A stretch of 64,000 nucleotides of DNA from Pseudomonas sp. (GTDB lineage: Bacteria; Pseudomonadota; Gammaproteobacteria; Pseudomonadales; Pseudomonadaceae), in NCBI GenBank assembly GCA_035655415.1, contig DASRUM010000251.1, positions 49,342 to 113,341 on the forward strand, given 5' to 3'. The notes beneath the pieces are model-generated. The model ran no database searches, was not told the DNA's origin, and worked only from the letters and a program-made list of their open reading frames with translations. Both the position numbers and the translations under genes were made by a program. Position 1 is the stretch's first letter. Every line of letters begins with the position of its first letter. Shown one piece after another: positions 19,210 through 29,625 of this stretch.

Positions 19210-20535
19210 TCAATAGCGGTAGGTGAAGTACATTTCAACGGCGGAGAATGTCTTGTCGCCCAACAGTTGCTTGGCGGCTGCTTTCGGCTGCACCCAGTTG
19301 TAGGACAGCGAGGTGAACAGCTGAGGGGTTGCCACCCAGTCGACAAAGATCACGCTTTCGTCGGCGAAACGCCGGTCACTGACAGGAGCACCGAAGAGAT
19401 TCTTTTCATCGAGAGAGAACTGGTGATGCATCGCCCCGACGGTGAGCGTTGGTTGTACCTGAGTTTTCAACGACCAGGTATGCACCTTCTGGTTACTGTT
19501 GTTAAGCAGGTAGTTGCCCACCACATCACCGACCAGCCAGGTGCCCCAGTCGACAAAGCCTTTGCTCAGAGCGTCCCAGGATTCACGCTTGTTGTCGGCC
19601 AGGTCTTCGTCGCCGGAGAAATAGGCGTAGCGATAGCCCAGTCTCGGCTGTAGGGGCAGATCACTGAAAGCGTACTCAGCCCCTGCATACCAGGCTTTGG
19701 CGTCGTACTCGATACCGCCGTCCCTGCCCCCTTGCACGGCATACTCGGCGTTAAGGGTCAGGTCCTCAACCCCGGGCAGCTTGGCATTCAGTGCTCGAAC
19801 GTTGTAGACCTCCATGCCATCGCGTGGTGTTGCGATATTGGAGTCACGGTCTTCCGCTTTCAGCTTCATGGCCATCGCGCCGAAGGTGGCAACACCTTCC
19901 ACCGCGTAATCGAGGTTCACGCCATTCATGCGGTAGTCGCCAAGATGGTCATCGGTGCGCAGGCTGAAGGCCTGCACCGAGAGCGCATCACGCGACCAGC
20001 CCAGCACAGCGGAGTCACGGAAGGCCGTGCGCGGTCCCAACCAGAAGGCCGCGTCATCGTGAAAGTCGAGATTGCCATCCATGACAATAAAGCCCGAACC
20101 GATCATGTAGTCCTGGCGGCCTGCGGTAAAACGCCATTCCCCGGCGCGAAAGCCCACGTAGGCTTCCTCTGCCGAGACACGATTGTCGGTACCGCGGGTG
20201 AAACCGCCTGCGTCGCCATCGCCGAAGGTCGATGCAGCGACGATCGAGCCTTTGGCCAACAGATCGAAGTCCGGGTTCAGTGCATAGCTGAAACTGACCG
20301 CCGGCTTGACATAGACCTCCTGCCAGTCGGCATTGTTTCCGGTGGCCTCACCGTTACGGGTATCGACACGCCCCGCACCGAAGTTGACGTTACGGGTGAA
20401 AATTGCAGCACCGCCCGCGGTCAGGTTGACCTCACCAGAAAGATCGCCCTCCTGGAAGGTATAGCCAGCCACAGCAGACTGACTAGCCAAGACCGCTGTC
20501 GCAAGAAGTGAAGGTAGCAAGGGTACTCGTGTCAT
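19210..20535 (-). CDS. Outer-membrane porin (alginate-export-like beta-barrel)
   Basis: Signal peptide from MTRVPLL, amphipathic strands, AGRQDY..G.GF, YAYFSGD, C-terminal YFTYRY. Confidence 0.75.
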   Translation of the reverse strand: MTRVPLLPSLLATAVLASQSAVAGYTFQEGDLSGEVNLTAGGAAIFTRNVNFGAGRVDTRNGEATGNNADWQEVYVKPAVSFSYALNPDFDLLAKGSIVAASTFGDGDAGGFTRGTDNRVSAEEAYVGFRAGEWRFTAGRQDYMIGSGFIVMDGNLDFHDDAAFWLGPRTAFRDSAVLGWSRDALSVQAFSLRTDDHLGDYRMNGVNLDYAVEGVATFGAMAMKLKAEDRDSNIATPRDGMEVYNVRALNAKLPGVEDLTLNAEYAVQGGRDGGIEYDAKAWYAGAEYAFSDLPLQPRLGYRYAYFSGDEDLADNKRESWDALSKGFVDWGTWLVGDVVGNYLLNNSNQKVHTWSLKTQVQPTLTVGAMHHQFSLDEKNLFGAPVSDRRFADESVIFVDWVATPQLFTSLSYNWVQPKAAAKQLLGDKTFSAVEMYFTYRY

Positions 20536-20651
20536 GGGTTGCTCCTGGTTGATTGTTTTTGTGTCACAGGGCAGTTTCAAAGCGACAACCGTCGCCATCG
20601 CGAATGCTGGCGGGCCAAGGGTCCGCCAGCAGATCTTCTTGTAGTGTCGAA

Positions 20652-21926
20652 TCAGCCCCGGAAGTGGTGGGCTAGTGCACGCAGTGCGCGAACGTTGTCG
20701 GGGTCGAAGAGGCTGACGGCCTCCGGCAGCGAAGACTGCTTGACGATCACCAGCTCGGCCTCGCGATCGACGAACAGGTACTGACCGTTGATGCCGCATG
20801 CCATCAGGGCCGGGCTGTGATCGTTGAACACGTACCACTGGCTGCGGTACGAAGCTCCCGGCGTCCAGGCGCTGAACTCCTCGTTGCCGGCATAGATCGC
20901 CGGATCGCTGCCCTGGGCGATGGCATCGATCGCACGTGGATCGAGCACTGCGCGTCCCTCATGCACACCGCGGTTGGCCAGTAGCAGGCCAAAGCGCGCG
21001 ATATCCCGTGCGGTAGCGTTGAAGCCTGCACCGGCAACACCGCGCCCCCAGGGGTCGGCCATAAAGTAACCGTCACGCTGACAGCCGATTTGCCCCCAGA
21101 CGCGCGCCAGCAACTCGGGACAGGCAATGCCCCCAGCACGCTCCATCACCCAGGCCAGAGCTTCGGTAGTTGCAGTCACATAGTGGAAAAAGCCGCCGTG
21201 CTCGCCACTCTTACGCAGCGACGGCAAGTACTGATAGAGCGAAGCGAACTGGGCGTAGGCCGCAGGCGCCGGCTGGAAACCACAGGCATAGCCGAATTGC
21301 GAGCTTTCCGAAGCCGGATCGTCGTAACGCTCGGTGTAGGCGATCCCCACCGCCATATCCAGGAGCTGGCGGACGGTCGCATCGGCGAAAGCGCTGCCGG
21401 CGAATTCGGGCACATAGTGGTCGGCCCTCAGCTCCGGATTCAACACGCCGTCGCAGATCAGTTGTTCGGCTAGCACACCGATCAGCGACTTGGTCACCGA
21501 GAACATGGTGTGGCGGTCATTCGCAGTCTGCCCGTTGAAGTAACGCTCGTATTTCACCTTGCCGCGATGCAGCACGATAAAGGCATCGCAGTGGCTGGCC
21601 ACAAGGTGTTCATCGAGGCGAACGGTTAGCCCACATACGCTCTCGAAGCTGAAACCATCGAGGTCTTCGGCGGCCTCAGGTAAGTCGCTCGCTGCGCCGT
21701 TACCGGCGGCGACAGAGATGCTTGGGCGCAGCCGTGCAAGATGGCGGAAGCCCCATTTGTTGAACGGTGGACTCATCCAGTTGTGCCAGGTAACGCGCTG
21801 CGCCTCTGCAGGCGGGAAGCCCGTCATAAAGGCATCGGGCTGGGCCCCGGCGTGCAGCGCCTCATGGGCATCAGCATAATGGCGAGCCAGTTGGCACGCG
21901 GTGGGGGAATCGGTGCGAAGTGTCAT
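20652..21926 (-). CDS. Class C beta-lactamase-fold serine hydrolase, NylB (6-aminohexanoate-dimer hydrolase)-like amidase/esterase
   Basis: SVTK (SxxK), catalytic-type Tyr in FHY, LLDM, GINGQ; N-terminal W..PPFNKWGF as in the NylB family; no obvious signal peptide. Confidence 0.8.
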   Translation of the reverse strand: MTLRTDSPTACQLARHYADAHEALHAGAQPDAFMTGFPPAEAQRVTWHNWMSPPFNKWGFRHLARLRPSISVAAGNGAASDLPEAAEDLDGFSFESVCGLTVRLDEHLVASHCDAFIVLHRGKVKYERYFNGQTANDRHTMFSVTKSLIGVLAEQLICDGVLNPELRADHYVPEFAGSAFADATVRQLLDMAVGIAYTERYDDPASESSQFGYACGFQPAPAAYAQFASLYQYLPSLRKSGEHGGFFHYVTATTEALAWVMERAGGIACPELLARVWGQIGCQRDGYFMADPWGRGVAGAGFNATARDIARFGLLLANRGVHEGRAVLDPRAIDAIAQGSDPAIYAGNEEFSAWTPGASYRSQWYVFNDHSPALMACGINGQYLFVDREAELVIVKQSSLPEAVSLFDPDNVRALRALAHHFRG

Positions 21927-21993
21927 AAATCAGCTGTCCTGACAGATGCTCTGCACGCGGCAGATGTGACAGAAAAATTAATCCACATAATTT

Positions 21994-22014
21994 TTTTAGT
22001 CAATAAAATATTTT
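21994..22014. promoter_or_regulatory. Candidate TetR operator (copy 1)
   Basis: TTTTAGTCAATAAAATATTTT imperfect palindrome in the divergent amidase/tetR spacer; repeated at 26760. Confidence 0.6.
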
Positions 22015-22075
22015 TGAAGAAAAGAGCTTTCCGCTATGCTCCCGCTGCCAAGGCAGGAGAACCCAGGGGGAATAA

Positions 22076-22696
22076 TTGAGCGGCTTGCGAGAACGACAGA
22101 AAGTGATGCGCCGACAAGCCATCAGCCGAGCAGGGGTAAAACTGTTCGAGCGGCAGGGTTTCCAGAGCACCACCATCGAGCAGATTGCCCAGGAGGCCGG
22201 CGTTTCGGCACCGACGGTGTTCAAGTACTTCGGCTCCAAGCACGAGATCCTGCTCGAGATGCTGCAGGCCGGCGACGAGCGCGCCATCAGCGATGCACGT
22301 GCACATATTGCCGAGATGGATGACCCGCTGGATGCCTTGTGCTATCTGGAAAAGGTGCTGGTGGATCAGGCCCTGGCCATGATGCCGCCGCCTATCTGGC
22401 GTGAGCTGCTGCTGCATGTGCTGGGCGGCGGACAAAGTGGCCTGCCGGACAGCTACAAACGCATGAATGACATCCTGCGCAGTGAAATTGCCGCACTCCT
22501 GCGCGACCTGCAGAGCGCAGGCAAGCTGCGTGCTGATCTAGATGTGGATCTGGCCGCCTTTCTGCTCAACGACTACTCACACCTGCAGCTACTGCGCCTG
22601 ACCAGCAACGAGCCGCTCGACCTTGAAACGCATCGTCAGCAGGTACGCCAGACGTCCGGCCTGATTCTCTATGGCATGGCTGCAGCCAAGCCCTGA
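22076..22696 (+). CDS. TetR/AcrR-family regulator
   Basis: LRERQK...GFQSTTIEQIAQEAGVSAPTVFKYFGSK HTH; TTG start with SD. Confidence 0.92.
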   Translation: MSGLRERQKVMRRQAISRAGVKLFERQGFQSTTIEQIAQEAGVSAPTVFKYFGSKHEILLEMLQAGDERAISDARAHIAEMDDPLDALCYLEKVLVDQALAMMPPPIWRELLLHVLGGGQSGLPDSYKRMNDILRSEIAALLRDLQSAGKLRADLDVDLAAFLLNDYSHLQLLRLTSNEPLDLETHRQQVRQTSGLILYGMAAAKP

Positions 22697-22742
22697 CAAA
22701 TCGCCAGCCTCACAATCACGGGCTCGGACTCGACATCCAGGG

Positions 22743-24830
22743 CTATGTGCGAAAGCGCGACAACAGCCGCACCTGAGCCGCAGCCTGCTCGTCGATGGCT
22801 TGTGCCTGCTGGGCTGAAACACCGGCTGAGCGGGTAAGCTCATCGCTCACCGCACGTATGCGATCGACTGAGGTACTTATTTCCTCGGCCACCGCGCTTT
22901 GCTCCTCCGCCGCACTGGCGATCTGGCCGTTCATCTGGGCAATCTCCATCACCGCGCTACCGACGCCGTACAACGACTCCACCAGTTCGGTAAATAGTTG
23001 GTCAGCCTCACTGACCAGTTGCTGATTACTTGCCATCGAACGAACCACTGACTGCATGTCGCCCTGCAGCGCCTCGATGATGCCGTGGATCTCCTGAATC
23101 GAGTCCTGGGTACGCTGCGCCAGGCCACGCACTTCATCGGCGACAACCGCAAAACCGCGCCCTTGATCCCCGGCACGGGCCGCTTCGATGGCGGCATTCA
23201 AGGCCAGCAAATTGGTCTGCTCGGCAATTCCACGTATCAGGCTGAGCACGACGCTGATCCGCTCGCTCTTGAGCGAGAGCGCTTTTACCTGATCATTGCT
23301 GGCCAGCAAGTCAACGCCTTGCCGGGCAACAATCGCCGTCGTTCGATCAATCAGGTCCGTGCCATCTTCAATGGTGCGCAAAATGCCATCGGTGGCTGCA
23401 GCAGCAGAGGCCGTGTTACGCGCCACCTCATGGGCAGATAGGCGCATCTGCTGCATCGCCGTGGCGACGTGATCTATATCGCTGCGCTGCCGCTCTGTTG
23501 CCGCCAGGTTGGCTTTCCCTCCCGCTACGGAGTGAACAGCTGCGGCACTGAGCGCTTGCATGGAGGTTTTGATGCTGGCAATAGTCGGCTGCAAGACCTC
23601 AAGAAACCGATTCATCCCGCAGCCCAAGGCACCCAACTCATCCTCTCGGGGATAGTTGATACGCCGCGACAGATCACCTTCACCATCCGCCAACTCGTCG
23701 AGCACGGCGGCCATACCCTGCAATGGGTTGACGATTGCCCGCGACGCAAAAGCAATTAGGGCAAGGCCAAGCAGACTCACCGCCACGCCCAGGATCAACT
23801 CGAAGCGAATTGACCGTTGCAGTTGCTCACTGAGGGTTTGCTGCAGGCTGATCACTGGTTCGAATGCCTGCTCCGCCGGCACCTGTACCCGCACGTGCCA
23901 AGGCTGCGCAGAAGGAATCGGCTGAAACGACTGCTCGGCATGGATGTCCTGCAGGCCATCTGCTCGAACGGCCTTGGCTGGTGCTTGCCACGGCTGCCCG
24001 AGAAGGCCTGTATCAGCGGTGGTGGCCGCAACCAAACCAGCATCACTGAGCAGCCAGACCAAGCCACCCTGCCCGGGCAATGCTTGCTGCGCACGCTGGG
24101 CCAGAACCTGCAGCTGATCGAGCTGGATATCGACGCCCAACACCGCGACCACCACACCGTCGATGCGCACCGGCAGCGTCAGGCTGGTCATCAGCACAGG
24201 CTGACCTGAAGCCGTATCCAGATAAGGGCTGAGCAAACACGGGGCTGCGCTCTGCAGAGGGCAATCGAACCAGGTGCGTGCTGGCCGCCCATCGCTCATG
24301 GGCGTCTCATCGGCCAGCGTCTTCTCCGCCGCCGCGACCTGTTCCAGCGTCTGTGGCCCACGACGAAACCACACCGGGGCAAAGCGCCCGCGCTCATTAC
24401 TACCCTTAGCGGTCAGATCGACAAACTCGGCATCGCGACCATCCAGCGCGCCGGGCAGAAACACAAGATAGCTGCTGAGCAGGCCTGGGTTGTCATCTAG
24501 AAGCGAGCGGATCTGAGCGGTCAGATGCTCGCGCATGGGTACATGCTCATGGGGCAGCCCACGCACCAGTAACACAACCCGCTCGACCTCCGTGGCGGCC
24601 TGCTCACCTGCGCGCAGCGTATCGGCAAAAAATGCCTGTACGCTGGCGGCCTGGGACCGCACAGACTCGCCCACACGGGCGTCTATCGACGCGCCAAGAC
24701 TGATCGAAGCCTGCTGCTCCGCCTGGCGACTCAGTGTTCGCATTTCGTAAACGGAGGCCGCGATGACCGTCAACGCCAGCCCCGCCAGACATGACCCAAC
24801 CAGAAGAATGACTTTCGCCCGCAGTGTCAT
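22743..24830 (-). CDS. Methyl-accepting chemotaxis protein with dCache-type sensor (McpU-like)
   Basis: GRFAPVW, WFDCP...PCLLSPY.D, GVDIQL, HAMP and MCP signalling motif. Confidence 0.92.
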   Translation of the reverse strand: MTLRAKVILLVGSCLAGLALTVIAASVYEMRTLSRQAEQQASISLGASIDARVGESVRSQAASVQAFFADTLRAGEQAATEVERVVLLVRGLPHEHVPMREHLTAQIRSLLDDNPGLLSSYLVFLPGALDGRDAEFVDLTAKGSNERGRFAPVWFRRGPQTLEQVAAAEKTLADETPMSDGRPARTWFDCPLQSAAPCLLSPYLDTASGQPVLMTSLTLPVRIDGVVVAVLGVDIQLDQLQVLAQRAQQALPGQGGLVWLLSDAGLVAATTADTGLLGQPWQAPAKAVRADGLQDIHAEQSFQPIPSAQPWHVRVQVPAEQAFEPVISLQQTLSEQLQRSIRFELILGVAVSLLGLALIAFASRAIVNPLQGMAAVLDELADGEGDLSRRINYPREDELGALGCGMNRFLEVLQPTIASIKTSMQALSAAAVHSVAGGKANLAATERQRSDIDHVATAMQQMRLSAHEVARNTASAAAATDGILRTIEDGTDLIDRTTAIVARQGVDLLASNDQVKALSLKSERISVVLSLIRGIAEQTNLLALNAAIEAARAGDQGRGFAVVADEVRGLAQRTQDSIQEIHGIIEALQGDMQSVVRSMASNQQLVSEADQLFTELVESLYGVGSAVMEIAQMNGQIASAAEEQSAVAEEISTSVDRIRAVSDELTRSAGVSAQQAQAIDEQAAAQVRLLSRFRT

Positions 24831-24954
24831 CGGCAATGCCTCCGCTCATAAATAAAAAAGGCAACGTCCCTGTTACCAACCCAAAGGATCTGGCTTGTAA
24901 TGGTCTCGAATACGGATTACCTGGCTGGAACCCGGACAACCCGCGACAGGGCAC

Positions 24955-25455
24955 TCAGACCGCTTCTGTCCGCAGTGCAATAGGCCCCAGGCTGTAACAC
25001 TGAATCAGTACTTCACTCGCGCTGGGGTAGTGCACCAACCCGATAAAGGCATGCTGTGTCAGCCAGCCAAGTGGCCCTTCTGCCACTTGAAAACGGGGAG
25101 TACAGGTGCAGTTGTACTCGGACGCGGGGGTGGGCCAAATGCCCTGAGCGTCCAGCTCACGCCCTCGCTCAGTCATCGTCAGCTGGCCAATATTGTGGAT
25201 GTTGATCAACACCCCATCCTGAGTGCGCAGCTGGTAGCGAGCATCCAGGTCACCTACACCGTCCTGGCGCAGCAAAAAGCAGTCTGCGCCGCCGGGCAGA
25301 ACCTCCCCACGCAAGTGAGGACCGCTGAAGTGCCCCCCTATGATCGGATAATTGATCCGGTATCCATCCACGCACCGGCCCAGGACTTCAGGCTCTGCGA
25401 TCAACGCAGTGATACTCATCACCGGATGCAGCAAAGGAATCGCAATATCGCTCAC
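24955..25455 (-). CDS. DUF3237 (UPF0311) family protein
   Basis: IIGGHFSGPHLRGEVLPGGAD, LDARY.LRTQDG, TPRF, WL motifs; GTG with SD GGAG. Confidence 0.8.
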   Translation of the reverse strand: MSDIAIPLLHPVMSITALIAEPEVLGRCVDGYRINYPIIGGHFSGPHLRGEVLPGGADCFLLRQDGVGDLDARYQLRTQDGVLINIHNIGQLTMTERGRELDAQGIWPTPASEYNCTCTPRFQVAEGPLGWLTQHAFIGLVHYPSASEVLIQCYSLGPIALRTEAV

Positions 25456-26656
25456 GGTGACACTCCAACTCGCCAGCGGTGCATGCGGAGGTCGCTGCCT
25501 CGCTCAAGGGTGGTTTCGTGGTCTCGCGCCAGATGCGTGCACGCACACGCTCTATCGGCGCGCCGACCGGCTCCAGGGTAAATAGCGTCTGGCGCACGGC
25601 CGGTGGCATAAACATCACGGGGTTAGGGCGAGGCGCAGTCTTAAGTAACTCGGTCGCATCCTTGTTGGGGTTGGGATAGCCGATGCTATTGCTGATGCGT
25701 GCAATCACATCTGGACGCAGGATGTAATTGATAAAGGCATGCGCTTCCTCCCGATTGGGTGCCTTGCGGGCCACGACCATGACGTCCGACCATATCGGTG
25801 CCCCTTCACGTGGCAGCACCATCTCGATACGCACGCCCTGCCCGGCCGCATCGGCTAACTGCTGAGCGAGGACAAAGCCGCCCGACCAGCCAAGCGCGAG
25901 ACAGATCTCGCCACTGGCCAGATCATGGCCATAGCGTGTGGAGTCGAAATAGCGAACCGAGGGACGAATGCGGGCCAGTGCCTGCTGCGCCTGTTTGTAG
26001 TCCTGGCGCTGGCGACTATTGGGATCGAGGCCCAGGTGCTGCAACAGGATCGGCAGAACCTCGCTGGGCGCATCGAGCATGGCCACGCCGCAATCCGCCA
26101 GTTTGGCGAGGCGCTGCGCATCGAAGATCAACGACCAGCTAGCCACATCCGCATCCGGTCCGAGGGCCTGGCGAAGCTTGTCGACGTTGTAACCAATCAA
26201 CGTGGTGCCCCACAGATAAGGAACGGCGTAGCGGTTACCCGGATCACCCGCCACCTCCAGGTGGCTCATAAAGGGCTCATCCAGGTGACGCCAATTGGCT
26301 AGCCACTCACGTTTGAGCGGCTCCAACGCCCCCGCTACAACCAACTTATCGAGGCTGTAGGTACCGGGAAAAACAACGTCATAGCCCGAGTTACCGGTTA
26401 GCAGCTTGGCTTCCATCGCCTCGACGCTGTCGAACTGCGTGTAAACCGGATGGATACCCGTCTCGCGCTCAAAACTGTCGAGTACCTCCTGCGGCAGGTA
26501 CTCGATCCAGTTGTAGATACGCACCGTACGGGGTTGCCCAGCGGCACCCGTGGAGGCAAGCGATGTGAGCAGTAGCACGGCGGCCAACAGCATGCTCCAG
26601 GCGGGGCGATATGCCACGGAGATAGGGGGCGAAACCCACCCGGCGTTCAACCTCAT
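25388..26656 (-). CDS. PotF/SpuD-like solute-binding protein (2) with C-terminal extension
   Basis: IYNWIEY, KLLTGNSGYDVVFP, PYLWGTT, LASGEICLALGWSG, GYPNPN; paralog of 18068-19168. Confidence 0.85.
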   Translation of the reverse strand: MRLNAGWVSPPISVAYRPAWSMLLAAVLLLTSLASTGAAGQPRTVRIYNWIEYLPQEVLDSFERETGIHPVYTQFDSVEAMEAKLLTGNSGYDVVFPGTYSLDKLVVAGALEPLKREWLANWRHLDEPFMSHLEVAGDPGNRYAVPYLWGTTLIGYNVDKLRQALGPDADVASWSLIFDAQRLAKLADCGVAMLDAPSEVLPILLQHLGLDPNSRQRQDYKQAQQALARIRPSVRYFDSTRYGHDLASGEICLALGWSGGFVLAQQLADAAGQGVRIEMVLPREGAPIWSDVMVVARKAPNREEAHAFINYILRPDVIARISNSIGYPNPNKDATELLKTAPRPNPVMFMPPAVRQTLFTLEPVGAPIERVRARIWRETTKPPLSEAATSACTAGELECHRERYCDSFAASGDEYHCVDRRA

Positions 26657-26742
26657 CACGGTTCTCCAGCAGCTTATTGTTATGTGCTTGCCTGCGTGCC
26701 CTTGGAATACTGCGCGAAACATTCATTGTCCGCGCAGCACTA

Positions 26743-26780
26743 TTTAATCGATTAAAATATTTTATTCAATAAAATGTTTT
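26743..26780. promoter_or_regulatory. Candidate TetR operator (copy 2) plus adjacent palindrome
   Basis: TTTAATCGATTAAA perfect palindrome, then TTTTATTCAATAAAATGTTTT (19/21 identical to the 21994 site). Confidence 0.6.
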
Positions 26781-26837
26781 AGCCAAATGCTTGGCATCTT
26801 GACGCCCGGGAGTTGACCAACACTTCTAGTGGCTCAT

Positions 26838-28796
26838 TCAGGCCCGAAACTGTGCAACAGCTGCCAACAGTTCCCGCTCCAGCCCCGCCAGTTCGTCACT
26901 GGCCACGACCATTTGTTGGTTAGCATCAGCAAAGCGTTCCGCTTCATCGCGCAGGTGCATGACGTTGCGGCTGACCTCTTCGGCGACGATGCTCTGCTGC
27001 TCGGCGCTCGCCGCGATCTGCTGGTTCATCTGCTCGATCACCGACACCGCCCCGGTAATGCCCTGCAGGGCCGAACCCACCTGATCGGACAGGCCGACGG
27101 TGGACTGCATGCTGCGCGCACACGCCTGGATCTGCGCAACGCTGTGCAGCGAAAGGTTCTGCAGGCCCGCTATCAGGGTTTCGATCTCACCTGTCGATAC
27201 CTGGGTGCGCTTGGCCAGGGAGCGTACCTCGTCGGCGACGACGGCAAAACCGCGACCCTGCTCGCCCGCTCTGGCGGCTTCAATGGCGGCATTGAGCGCC
27301 AGTAGATTGGTCTGCTCGGCCACCGCTTTGATCACGTCGACCACCGTACCGATGCGCAGCACCTGCTGCTGCAGAGACTGCACCGCCTGCTCGGAAAGCT
27401 GCATATCCTCGGCCAGGCGATAAATATGCTCGCGGGTCTGCTGCACGATCTGGTCGCTGTTGCGCGCTTGCCTATCAGCCTCCAGCGCAGACTGCGAAGC
27501 CTGCTCGGTATTTTGCGCCACCTGCTGCACCGTTGCGGCCATCTGCTGCATGGCCGTGGCCACCTGCTCGGTCTCGACCCGCTGGCGCTGCGCGCCATTA
27601 TTGCTTTGCTCGCTAAGCCCGCCCAGGGTCGCGGTCGACTGCCCAAGGCCGGTGACGCTTTCACCTATACGGCTGACCAACCGCCGCAGGTTGGCAGTCA
27701 TCTCGGCCATCGCCGCCATCAGTTGCCCCAACTCATCGCGGCGCACTACCCCACTCTGCATATCCAGGCTCAGGTCGCCGGCGGCAATACGCCGAGCGAC
27801 CTGCAGGGTTTCCCGCAGCGGGGCCACGATCAGATTGCGGATGGTCAATGAGGCCAGCAGCGCCAGGGTGACGATCACCAGCGCCCCCACCGCCTGCAGC
27901 AGCATCACTGAGCGGCCGCGCTCGTCCATCTGCACCTGGCGTTCGGCAGCGGCCTGTTCGACCTGCTGCAATACGCTTTGCGCCTGAGCATCCATCTGCA
28001 GCGCCGTCTGCTGGCTCAATGTCAGGCTATCGCGATAGCGCTGAAACGCCTGGCGATATTCCACCAGCGCCGCCAGGGCAGCGGCCAGGGATTCTTCGGA
28101 GTTTTCGTCGACCCGGCCCTGGAGCAGCTCCATGGCATTGCTCATTTCCTCGGTTGACTCGCGCCAACGTTCGAGGGCGGCTGGCTGGCCCGTCTGCACA
28201 TAGAGGAACTCGCTATTGCGGGTAACCAGCAACTTGCGCTGCAGTGCCGAGGCCTGTTCGGCCAGGCTCAACGGATCCCCCTCCAGCGCCTGGCCACTGT
28301 TGAGGACGCCACGCACCTGGTCGTACATATCCAGCTCGACCATCTCGAACTGCAGGCGCGCCTGCTCGGCCTGCTCTTGCATATGTTGCAATGCCTCGGT
28401 CGCCAGGCGCTGATGGCCGACAAACTGCTCGAACAACTGCTGGTAACCGACGATGGCTTGCTGCATGGCCACCAGCACCGGCAAAGCATCGGCCGTAGCT
28501 TGCGCTTGTAGTTCGCGCAACTGGCTGTCGAGCGTATGCACCAGCGCCTCGACCTCCTGCATGGCCGTTACAGTGGGTTCAAGGGCATAGCGCTTCTCGG
28601 CATTGCGAATCTGCAAGGTCAGGCGATTGACCGCCGCCATGGCGCTGACCTGCCGGCCGTGTTCGAGCAGGCTGGCCGTGGCATACAAGCCCTGGGCAAT
28701 GGCAGCGACCGCGAGTACGGACACCAAACCAAAACCGAGCAACAACTTCTGCCCCACCGAACAGTTGGCGAGCAGCCTGGCGATTGGCTTCAGCAT
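26838..28796 (-). CDS. Methyl-accepting chemotaxis protein (helical sensor), distal to the calA operon
   Basis: Two TMs, [15 protein letters not shown] signature; same architecture as 14468-16396. Confidence 0.93.
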   Translation of the reverse strand: MLKPIARLLANCSVGQKLLLGFGLVSVLAVAAIAQGLYATASLLEHGRQVSAMAAVNRLTLQIRNAEKRYALEPTVTAMQEVEALVHTLDSQLRELQAQATADALPVLVAMQQAIVGYQQLFEQFVGHQRLATEALQHMQEQAEQARLQFEMVELDMYDQVRGVLNSGQALEGDPLSLAEQASALQRKLLVTRNSEFLYVQTGQPAALERWRESTEEMSNAMELLQGRVDENSEESLAAALAALVEYRQAFQRYRDSLTLSQQTALQMDAQAQSVLQQVEQAAAERQVQMDERGRSVMLLQAVGALVIVTLALLASLTIRNLIVAPLRETLQVARRIAAGDLSLDMQSGVVRRDELGQLMAAMAEMTANLRRLVSRIGESVTGLGQSTATLGGLSEQSNNGAQRQRVETEQVATAMQQMAATVQQVAQNTEQASQSALEADRQARNSDQIVQQTREHIYRLAEDMQLSEQAVQSLQQQVLRIGTVVDVIKAVAEQTNLLALNAAIEAARAGEQGRGFAVVADEVRSLAKRTQVSTGEIETLIAGLQNLSLHSVAQIQACARSMQSTVGLSDQVGSALQGITGAVSVIEQMNQQIAASAEQQSIVAEEVSRNVMHLRDEAERFADANQQMVVASDELAGLERELLAAVAQFRA

Positions 28797-28849
28797 TGTT
28801 TTTATCCTTATGTCTGAAGTGTTGCGTTCTGCGGCGCTACTGGACTCCT

Positions 28850-28870
28850 GGTGCGCACGGCGCACCCTAC
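28850..28870 (-). repeat. REP element
   Basis: GGTGCGCACGGCGCACCCTAC, identical to the copies at about 14272 and 46731. Confidence 0.8.
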
Positions 28871-28887
28871 CCCAAGGTCGAAGGTCG

Positions 28888-29625
28888 CTAACGCGCCGCC
28901 AGCTTATCGAGCGCCACGACTATGCCGGCCAGGTAACGCTCCAGGCTGCCGGTCACCCTGCCAGGATCGCGATCAAGCAAACGCTGGCGCACGAAGCGGT
29001 AGGCCAAGCGCTGTTTGTGCAGCGTATCGGCCTGCTCCGGCAGCAGTGCTATCAGCTGCACAAACCCCTCCTCAATGGCTTGATCCCGCGCGGTGAACTC
29101 GACCTCGGAGTAGGCCAACGAGTGATCGCCGAGTACCCGCGCACTGCGCGCCTGGGCATGCAGCAACAGGCTGGCGATATCCAGGCTCTGCCGATTGAGC
29201 AGACGCACCACGGGCTGCAGATCGGCCTGCACTTGCTGATAGGCCGCGTCGCTCTGCCGGTCCAGCTGCGCTCGGCTATCGAGCAAACCGATCAACAGCT
29301 GCGGGTAACGCGGCGCCTCGTCACGGCGTACGGCCTGCAAATCGTCCAGCCAGGCATTCAGGCTGGCCAGCGAGTCGCCCATGTCCGCCGGTAAGTTGAG
29401 TTGCAGCGCCAGTGCATCCAGGCGCTGCTGCGCTTCGCGCACGCTGGCCAGATGGCGTGCATCGGGCTGCGCGCGCGGGTCGGCATCGAAGTAGAGCAAC
29501 GCATTCACCGCCAGCAGGGTCGCCTGGCTGCGCAGCTGCTGGTACTGCTGCGCAGGCGCTGCGGCCCAGAGCGTCGAAGACGCCAACAACCAAAGGCTCA
29601 TACACCCTCCCTGCAGGGCGCGCAT
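28888..29625 (-). CDS. Hypothetical exported, probably alpha-helical protein
   Basis: Start abuts the RND stop (TGA-ATG; alternative ATG 29601 has an SD); signal-peptide-like N-terminus; Leu/Gln/Ala-rich. Confidence 0.7.
   Translation of the reverse strand: MRALQGGCMSLWLLASSTLWAAAPAQQYQQLRSQATLLAVNALLYFDADPRAQPDARHLASVREAQQRLDALALQLNLPADMGDSLASLNAWLDDLQAVRRDEAPRYPQLLIGLLDSRAQLDRQSDAAYQQVQADLQPVVRLLNRQSLDIASLLLHAQARSARVLGDHSLAYSEVEFTARDQAIEEGFVQLIALLPEQADTLHKQRLAYRFVRQRLLDRDPGRVTGSLERYLAGIVVALDKLAAR

Noticed and set aside
20652-21926. Beta-lactam resistance gene
   Set aside because: SxxK fold, but no signal peptide or KTG motif, and the NylB-like N-terminus and catabolic context argue for an amidase/esterase.
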